Positions 55,216-64,000 of a stretch of DNA of 64,000 nucleotides are shown one piece after another; position 1 is the stretch's first letter, and each line of letters opens with the position of its first letter. The stretch is taken from contig CDMY01000498.1 in the NCBI GenBank assembly GCA_001179505.1, positions 1 to 64,000 of the forward strand, in the 5' to 3' direction. The notes beneath the pieces are model-generated. The model had not been told where the DNA came from. It saw only the letters and a program-made list of their open reading frames with translations, and searched no databases. The translations under genes and the position numbers were made by a program. The stretch comes from Vitrella brassicaformis CCMP3155. Lineage: Eukaryota; Protista; Chromerida.

Positions 55216-57280
55216 ATGGCCCTGTGTATCTCTGCGTCCGGCCCTGCCTTCAGCCGCACCCCTGTGCACGTCGATGACCACTCAAAAGGCATCGTGCTGC
55301 GGCCGCTAGCCTATGCGTCGGCAAATCCGCTCACGGCCGGCCTCCCCCTGTGTGTCACGCCCTTCACCGACGCACAGCTTGACCCCACCACAGGCGCCGC
55401 ATCCGTGATTGTGTCGGATCTGCACTGCAGCAAGGGCGACAGGGAGGTGGGGTGGGTGGAGGTGACTGCGGAGGATGGAGGGGACGGCGGGATGTGCCTG
55501 CTGGAGCGGCTGGCGGGGAAGGTCGGCGAGGTGGCCTGGTCGCTTTTGCCCAAGGGGGAGGGTGACGGTGACGGTGGGATGGCTTGGGTGGTGCCTCATG
55601 TCGACAGTGACCAGGTGAGTCAGGTGGACATGGAAGGCAAAAAGAGGAATTGGCTCCCGGCGTCGTGTTGTGTGTGTGCAGGTTGTGTTGAGTGGCTACC
55701 TGTTCCACCGGCCTGCACACCCACTGGCGCACCTAAAGCGATGGTACACAACGCAAATACAACGCACCGTCCGCCCCAGCCCACCGTCCTTCGCTCTGTC
55801 TGCCTGCCTGTGTGTGAGCGTGTGTGTTTGTGTGTGTCAGGGAGGGCGGGTGTGAGGTGTGGTGGGCTGAGGTGCAAGGCGGCCGCAGCCGATCCTCAGT
55901 GCCCATGCGGCTGAGCCTGTGTCTGTACGAGGGGCCGGGCAAGGAACGGCTCGTCAAGAAGGTGCCACTCACACGGAAATCCACCGTCGCGCGACAGCAG
56001 GGCGAGGGCAATGGCAAGAGTCACACCGATGGTACGGTACGGATGGAAGACAGACCACCTCACCTCACCTGCCCACTGGCCTGGTGTGGTGTGGTGTGGT
56101 GGATGGGTGAATTGCTTCAGCGGGTAGCGGTTTGTGTCTTGGGTTGGGCCGTCGGTTTGCTGTGGATGGGCACCAGTTTGCGTGTGTGACAGCCGAGGAG
56201 GCCTCCCTGTGGCTCGCCGCCATTCAGATGGTCATCGACAAGGGATGTGCCTGTGCTAGTGAGTGAGTGAGTGAGAGAGCGAGGGAGTCAGGGAGACAGG
56301 GAGGGCAACCAGACCAGAGCAGAGCGGTCCGGTGGTCACTGATTGTTTCGTTCGTTCTTCGATGTGGTGCGTGTGTGTGTGTGTGCGTTGTGTGTTGGCC
56401 TCATTCCTTCCCTGCTTCTTCAGGTGGTGTGTCGCTGCAAGAGGCCTTCGGAGACGTCCTCGCCCCCATGGCAAAGGAGGCAGAGACCCAGCTGCAAACA
56501 CTCATGCACAGATACGGTGAGCGACCGAACCGTAGCCAAGCCCCCCACCCCCCCCACCCCCCACACACACACCAATCGCCTCCTCTGTGTGTGTGTGTGT
56601 GTGTGTGTGTCTCCGTAGGCCTGTCCCGCCCGTTGCTGGCTCAGGTGTCACCTATTGAGCACCAGGATGCACCTCACCAGCACGGCAGCGTGCCCATGGT
56701 CATCCCCCCCGAGCTGCAGGACAAGTGCTTCGCCAAGCACCTGGCCTCACGACCCACACTCGACGATGACCAGGACGATATCCAGCAAGCACCACTAGGG
56801 CCGTCCTGTGGCCCCTCCTCCCCCTCTCTGCGGCTCAGCAACACCCTCACCTGCCTATACGACTGCCTCAATGGAGCACGCATACACACGCCCGCCGCCC
56901 CCACCCTCGCCCCCACCCCATCTCTCTCCCTGTGTGTGTCGCCATCCACCCTAAGCGAAGATTCCATTCTCGACATGACCACCAGCTCTTTGGCATCGTC
57001 GAGGATGGTGTCTTCGGTGGCTCGCTCCCTCACCTTCTCCCTCACCAGCAGCACAAACTCCTCGCTGTCTCTGTCTCTGATCAGTGAATGTGAGGGCGAG
57101 AGGGGCAGTGGCAGGGGCAGTGGTGTGCCTGCGTGTCCCCCTAACACGGTGCGTTTGAGTGGTGACGTGAGCGATGGTGTGCTGTCTTGGGGGTCGAGTG
57201 GTGAGTGGGGCGGGTCGTTTGAGAGTGCCGTGTCCACCGTGGCCACAGAGGCTAGTGATGAGACGGTCGCATCCAAATAG
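55216..57280 (+). CDS. PH domain-containing protein
   Basis: VVLSGYLFHRP...WWAEV...LCLYEGPGKERLVKKVPL...EEASLWLAAIQMVID (PH beta-1 strand and C-terminal Trp helix). Ser-rich tail, TAG at 57278-57280. Confidence 0.7.
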
Positions 57281-58437
57281 ATGGGACGGGGTGAGTGACG
57301 GGGGGGGGTGAGGGGTTTTAGTTTGGTCAAGTAAATAAAGTAGTGTGGTGGTCGGCTTGTTGTCTTGGATAGGTCGGTTCGGTCGTTGTTTCCTTCTCCT
57401 TATCATCTGTGAGTGAGAGCACATAGGTAGGTAGGTTCGTTTCGTTTGGTGTGTCTTGTCTTGTGTCATTCCCGGATGCATAAGGGTGTGAGTCTGTGTG
57501 ATAGATGCATTGATTTGTTCAAATGTCATTCATGTGGGTCTGTCTGTCTGTCGGGATCGTCTGATCTGAGAGACTCCTCTGTAGCTGTAGGTGGACAAAC
57601 AACATTGGATTGATTAAACGGGTAGGTAGGGAGGGAGGGGATCGAAGAGTCAATCGGAAATCGTGTGTTGGAGCAAAACAAAAGTCAGCCAGCCAGCCGT
57701 CACAGAAGCGCTGCCCGCCCAGGTAGCATAGCAGCTGCCTGACCGGACAGACCACTGCTGGACTCTCACACTGCTATCCTTTGCTATGCACACCCCACCC
57801 CACCACACACACACACATCCAGTCAATCCACACATGCACTCACTGCACATAACTACGGTACAAAGGCACCTTGAGAGGCTTCCAGGATGTCCATTCTGGC
57901 AGTCATGTCATCCATCCATGACACACATGTGTGCACATGTGATGTGATGCTATGCTGCCTGGCCTGCCCATCCTTCCTCACAGAGTACAACCTTTTTTGC
58001 TCAACACAAACAACACACGCACACATTCATTGACATGACATGCAGGGCACCGACTGGCTGGCTGATGGATGGAGGGATGGATGGGATGGATGCAGTGACG
58101 GACGGACGGACACGTGCAATGCAATTCATGCAGACAGACAGACATTCAGGCATCCACAGGCAGACAGGCAGACAGACAGACAGACAGACGGGGCAAAATT
58201 GCCCCCTCACCCACCAGGCCCGCCCCCACCCCCAACCCACTCAGTGTGCCTTGGTGTCTGTGTCTTTATTCCGCCCATCCGCACCGCACCCACAGATAGG
58301 CAGACAGAAAGTCGGGGAGGACGGAGGATCGCAAGGGAGGAAGGAAGGGAGGAGGTATGCATGGATGAATGTACGAATACGCCCACCCATCCATCCATCC
58401 ATCCATCCCCCCTGACCCCTGGGCGGCATTGTACAGG

Positions 58438-61225
58438 TCATACCGGTGCAGCATCGAAGTCCTCCACAGCATCGACAAAGAAGTCGTCGGCTGGCCCATT
58501 GTTGCCGTCGCCGTCATTGGCTCCGTTGCCGTTGTTGCCCCTTTGTGGTCCACCGCCCACGTGTGCTCGCGGCGGGGGAAGGTCGTCGTCGTCGTCGTCT
58601 ATGTCCCAAGAGGGCGGCGGCAGACACAGCGACAAATCCAGACCAAGAGCAAACTTCTGGAGCTGCACACACACACACACACGCACACGCACACGCACAC
58701 GAGAGACAGACAGACGCCTGCCTGGGTGAGACACACAGGAAGTGACGGAGGGGAGGGGGGGTGGCCTGACTGACGGACCTTTTCGAAGAATGACGTCCGT
58801 AGGAATGCCCGAGGGTAGGGGTCTTGGCAGTAGGGGCATGGGTCGTACCTGCCGGTGGGCGACCGGCGCCGCTGGGCCGACTCCCACTTGGGCAAACACG
58901 TCGCACACAAGGGGGCGTGCCCTGCACACACAGACATACATACAGGGGACACGACGGACGCACCTCGTGTGGTGTGCGGTGTGGGCGAGGTGCCGTGTGC
59001 GCCATGGCATGCATGGCCACTGACTGACTGACCACATGGGAAGACGAAGTGGTTTGATTCGCCGTGGAACTCCTCGTAGCAAGACATGCACGCATCCGAA
59101 CAGGGGGGCAGCACACGCGGCTGTATTATATGACCACACACACACACACACACAGACATACAAATTGCACTGCACTGCGGGCCTCTCCTCTGTTTCCACA
59201 GTGTGGGTCAGGTCACGTCGCGCACCTTCTGGTCGCTCCACTGCACTTGCTGGGGCGTCTCGCACCCCCTCGTTGCAATGAATCCAACCCTACACCCATA
59301 TATGACACCACAACATAACATGTCACTCGTGTGTGTGTCTATTGCCCTTCTCCCTTTCATCTCTCCATCTGTCTGTTGCTGACCCCTTCTTCCTGTCGTC
59401 TCTGAATATGGCAGCGAGTATGGTTCCGTCATCCCGCAGCTCCCTGCCCACGCCCTCCCTTGCGAAGGTCTGGTGGTTGAACTCCCCCTCATAGTCGGGG
59501 GACGAGCTGAAGCCGCCACCCATGGCCAGCCGGGAGTATCTGCTCCCGGAGTGGATGCTGTTGTCCACCCACAGTCCCTGGATGCGCTGCTTCGAGTCCG
59601 TCAACACGCCATGCCTGTTTGTCGAAACGAAAAAGAGAGAGATGCACACATCGCCCATTGTCTGTCTGTCTGTCTGTCTGTGTGCGTCTGTCTGTGTGCG
59701 TGAGGTGAAGTGAGGTGTGTGCCGACCCGACCCGTGTCTTTGCGACTTTTTGTGTGAGCCATAGTACTGTGATCCGTCTGGGTAGAAGGTGGTGCCCTGG
59801 CCGTCCCAGTAGATGTCATCGCCGACCTTGCGGAAGCTGCCGTGATACACCTGACCGATGCGATGCGACGCGACACCACCACACGTGGATCGGATCAGCT
59901 ATCCCTCAGTTTGGTTTGTGTGTATCCTATCATGCCATCCATGTGTCTGGCCGACCATTTGTCCGTTCTTGTCGTAGTCGGCACCGCTGAGTAGGTTGCC
60001 GCCCTCCCACTCCCCTACAATGTGGCCCTCTGACCCATTCTCTATCAGCAGCTTGCCACGTCTGCACATACACACGGGCCGACGCGACAAACACCAGGTC
60101 AGTTCAGTGAACGATCAGCCTCCCAGTCAGTGCGTTGCCTGCTCTGCTCTGCTCACCCGTGTCTGAGCATCTGCCCGTCGCCAGAGCGCACCACGGACCC
60201 CTCATAGACTCTCCTCAGCGTGGCGCCGGCGTCTCTCTTTTGCATCTCGGTGCCCTCGCCGCGCACAAACAGGTCGTTCTCGAAGGTGCCCTCGTAGGTG
60301 CAGCACCACCATGACTCCCCCGCACCGCAGAAGTAGCGCATCATCGTGCCACGACTGCATGCATCCATCCACAAGACACATGCATGGGTCAGTCAAATCA
60401 CTGCATCATTCACTAACTTTCCAATGATTGTTCAGCTGACTGGACTGACTGACCCCTGCTTGATGCCCTTTGTGAATGAGGTGTAGAAGTGGTCGCCATT
60501 GGGAAAGACCTGCGCCCCGCTGCCGCTGAAGAGACCGTCCTTGCCGAGGAACTGCAGGTCGCCCTGCACACGGTACACCTCCTGCGGCAGCGAGTCGGGC
60601 GCCAGACGCTCCAGGACGACCTCCTTGAGCACGTCGGTGTCGAATCGCAGCTGCAACTGGAGCCTGCCCTCGGGCCACGTGAACGTGGCTTGCCTGCATC
60701 CAGATATATCACAGACAGAAGTGATTGATTCACTATTGTTGACGAGTGAGTGAGGAGGCTGATCGATCACATTGCGGGAAGTGTGTAGTGTACGGCCTTA
60801 CTAACCCGTGTTTCTTGCCGTCTCTGAAGGAGCCTGTGAGAGTGGTGCCGTCCGTGTGGCACTGCTCTATGTCGTCCCTGCAAGCCACAGGACGCCATCC
60901 AGCCATCCATCCATTGAGTCTGCGTGTGTGGCCCGAATGTCGTTTGCATCCCTTACTTACCCGTGTGGCTGGTTGTCCTTGAAGGTGCCGATCTGCACGA
61001 AGCCCGTCGTCCGACACTTGAGCTCGCCCCTCTCACTCCTGCGCCAGGCAGGCAGTAGAATGCACACACACACACAATAAGAGATGGACAGACACATATA
61101 TCCCCGTATCGCATCTGTCAGTGTTGGCTGACATACATGTGTGGCTGTCCATCCTTCCACGGCCCCGTCCACTGGTAGCCGCACTTCATCACACCCAAAC
61201 CATGACTGCAACACAACAACACAGC

Positions 61226-61262
<37 letters not shown>

Positions 61263-61999
61263 AGAGAAGGAGAGGGAGAGAGAGAGAGAAAAAGAGAGAG
61301 AGAGATACCGACAAACGACAGCCAGCCCATCGTTCACGCGCCTGGCTGGCGGGCTGGGCTGGCTGATGCCGGTCGCTCCCTCACCCGTTGGGCAGATCGG
61401 TCTCGAAGCAGCCTCTATATATCTCCTCCCCATCCTTGTTGAGCAATACGCCCTCGCTGAAACACAATCAAATCAATCAACACAACTTCTTGTAAACGTC
61501 TGTGTGTCGTGCTCCCTCCCTCCCTCCCTCTCAGCCAGCCAGCCAGCCAGCCAGCCACGTACCCTTCTCGCATGCCATTGCGGAAGGCGCCCCGGTAGAA
61601 GGTCATTTGGTCAAAATCCCACAGGTCGCCCGACAGGCCGTGCGGCCGGCCATAGCGCCAGCTCCCCACATAGACCCGTGAGGGCCGCAGCCCGCCCATC
61701 TGCTCCCGTCCGCCGATGCGCCATCCGGTGGGGTGCAGGTGGCCCACCTCCAAAGTGATGTCGGGCAGACCCTGCGCCTCGTGATGGCAAGGCACACACG
61801 ACCCGACAGACCTGGTTGGGATGCAGTCGAAAGGACGGGTGTGGATGTGCAGGGCGGCCCGGTGGTCTGTCGAAAGGGCTGGTGGGGGACTGCTGCTGTT
61901 GCTGCCGTGGCTGCTGCTGTCGATGTCCATGCTGCAAGGCATGGGTTCATCGACGTCGGCAATGGCGGTAGGCCACTCTCCGCCAACACCGTCCATCAT
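58438..61999 (-). CDS. MORN-repeat protein with C-terminal C3HC4 RING finger
   Basis: Repeats YVGSWRYGRPHG, YRGAFRNGMREG, WTGPWKDGQPH, IGTFKDNQPHG, LTGSFRDGKKHG, YEGTFENDLFVRGEG, YYGSHKKSQRHGSG. RING CMSC...PC|GHAPLCATC...CPYC at about 58830-59090. Confidence 0.88.
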
Positions 62000-62081
62000 C
62001 GAGCGACTCACACAATGAAAGCAGCTGACAGAGGGCACCTGCTGGGGTCGCGAAAGCTCCAAGGACGATCAAAAAACACTC

Positions 62082-62108
62082 TGCGAGCTCATATTGACTC
62101 TAGCTCGC
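62082..62108. promoter_or_regulatory. Inverted pair TGCGAGCTC...AGCTCGC (MORN/AP2 divergent spacer)
   Basis: 62082-62090 and 62102-62108. Confidence 0.5.
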
Positions 62109-62215
62109 CACCAATGATCTCAGCGCGGAGAGAGGACAACATCTGTTGACTCATCTCATCCAGCTGATCTGATCTGAGCTCTCGCGGAAGTTGACCGCTG
62201 CGGTCGCATGAGCAG

Positions 62216-63310
62216 ATGAATGCCACAGCAGCTCTCACATGGCAGCTGCGTCGGCCAATCAGACCCCCGCTGCCTCCCTCCCTCCTTCCATCTATCTGCC
62301 CCCCCGTCCCCTCCTCCCCCTGCTCCCTCCCACTGCCACTGCACACCACCAGAGGCCTCTGCTCCATCGCCACTGGCGGCCTCACCCGTCCTATGACCGT
62401 TCCCACCTTCTTGCGCACCGACAGCGGCATCCACATAAACATAGTGCAGCCTCAGCCATGGCAGGCCACTCAGTCGCGTTATGGCGGTCGGAGTGGCGGC
62501 CCTCTGAAGCGCAAGAAGAAGCCCCATGACCCCCGGGTGATTCAGACGGGTTTGGGGCACCGGATGGAGTTCTTCTGGCGCAAGAGGGAGCGGCGGACGC
62601 GGTATCCGCTGGTGCAGAACGTGCGGCCCAACCTGATATGGGACAGCCAGTTCAAAAGGTGGCTCGTCATGTGGTACAAGGGGGGCTTCCAGGTCTTCAG
62701 GCCCTTCAACGCCACACGAGACAGATTCGAAAGGGTGCGTGCGATCGATGCGTTAAATGAGCAGATGGATGGACACGGGCACGGCACCACACACACCGAA
62801 TCAATGAATGGGGATGGATGGGTGGTCATTGGTTTGTGGTCTGCGTGTGCGTGTCCGCCTGAATGATGTTGTCAGGCCCGGGCCAAGGCGATGATTCTGA
62901 TGCGGCAGCTGGAGAAGGCGGGAAGGCTGCAGAAGTGAGAATTACACACACGGAGGGAGGGAGGGAGGGAGGGAGGGCCTCCACTTCCCTCCCTGTGTGT
63001 GTAGGCTGCCTGCCCCCGACATCTGCAAGAGCGGCGTGCGGGGTGTCTTCTACGACGGCGAAGAGAAGCTCTGGATCGCTGTGTGGAAACAAAACGGTGC
63101 CGCGGGAGGAGGGAGAGGGGCAGGTCGCTGCAGATGGCAAGGTCACTGATCCTTCGTCTGTGTGCCTGGTTTGTGCAGGATTGCGTCGCTTTCGATGCTT
63201 CCCTGCACTTGAGATGGGCTTCGATCAGGTGGCTACACAGACACAGATCACATTGCTTATTGATGTCTACGTGTTATCAATCATGGCCAGTGTGGTGTGT
63301 GTTTCATTCC

Positions 63311-63343
<33 letters not shown>

Positions 63344-63588
63344 GCAGGCCTTCAAGGCTGCTGTGGCCGTGAGGCGGCAGAAATTGGCGGAATTCCACGA
63401 GTTTGTGCCGCAGGTGGGTTGGTTCTCGGACACACACATGCATGGACATCCACATCTACCCACCCACCCAGGGATGCGATGCCACTGATCCATCCCGTCT
63501 GCCTGATTGATTCTATGTATGTGTTTGTGTGTGTCAGCGAGAGCGCATTCGAACTGGTCGGGAGCAGTACAAGGCCAAGGCATCGTGA
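62216..63588 (+). CDS. Small tandem-AP2 (ApiAP2) protein with a mitochondrial-presequence-like N-terminus
   Basis: Domain 1 NLIWDSQFKRWLVMWYKGGFQVFRPF...R|ARAKAMILMRQLE. Domain 2 SGVRGVFYDGEEKLWIAVWKQNG|LRRFRCFPALEMGFDQ|AFKAAVAVR. TGA at 63586-63588. Confidence 0.88.
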
Positions 63589-64000
63589 TGAAGCCTGCCT
63601 GCCTGCCTGCCTTTATGTATGTGCAAAATCAATCCATGCACGACAGTCGAGTCATCCCCGTGATATGTCCATGTGACTGACATGCCGCAAGTGTGCATCA
63701 CTCACATGAGCCGTCTGGTCGGCATTTATATGTCATTCGACTCACTACAGACACCACCAAACTCATCTCTCAATGGTCCTCTGGCTGTCTGAATCATGGT
63801 CCTAGCGTCAAGTCACACCTCATAGCATGCAGCACCGCCATTGGGTACCACGCCCACCGCCTGCAGACACACAACAGCACCGCACACCCGCCCATCCAGC
63901 CAGCCACCCACAACACATCAATAACCCCCACCGCGCATGCCATCACTCTGCCCCTCGATCTCACCTGCAGTGCAAACACCGTCACAAGGGCCACCACGGC

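Overview
Intron-rich, GC-rich eukaryotic nuclear DNA, most likely from the chromerid alveolate Vitrella brassicaformis or a close relative. This is inferred from an ApiAP2 gene, a PfCLK3-type DLG kinase, high gene density and short GT-AG introns filled with (CA)n/(TG)n/(GGAT)n microsatellites. I spliced about 20 protein-coding genes by hand: a family-16 methyltransferase, a Tudor-HNH fusion, PRP4 kinase, a GST, HEI10, a GT10 fucosyltransferase, FtsH, a mitochondrial carrier, an amino-acid transporter, an App1-like HAD phosphatase, a histidine acid phosphatase, an F-box-like/degenerate Rab GTPase fusion, an FHA/AT-hook protein, a Tudor/AT-hook protein, a PH protein, a MORN-RING protein, a tandem-AP2 protein with a mitochondrial-type presequence, and three hypotheticals. 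There are two 300-N assembly gaps. I saw no tRNA, rRNA, CRISPR array or clear transposon. Best leads: (1) an F-box-like protein carrying a Rab fold with a natural GKN (S17N-type) P-loop and no G3 Asp; (2) a recurrent (T)GCGAGCT(T) motif concentrated in short head-to-head promoters; (3) a probable mitoribosomal AP2 protein; (4) a Tudor-HNH fusion; (5) a candidate poison exon or recursive splice site in the splicing kinase gene; (6) in-frame stops inside the otherwise intact HEI10 and App1-like genes. All exon models are manual and no database searches were run.
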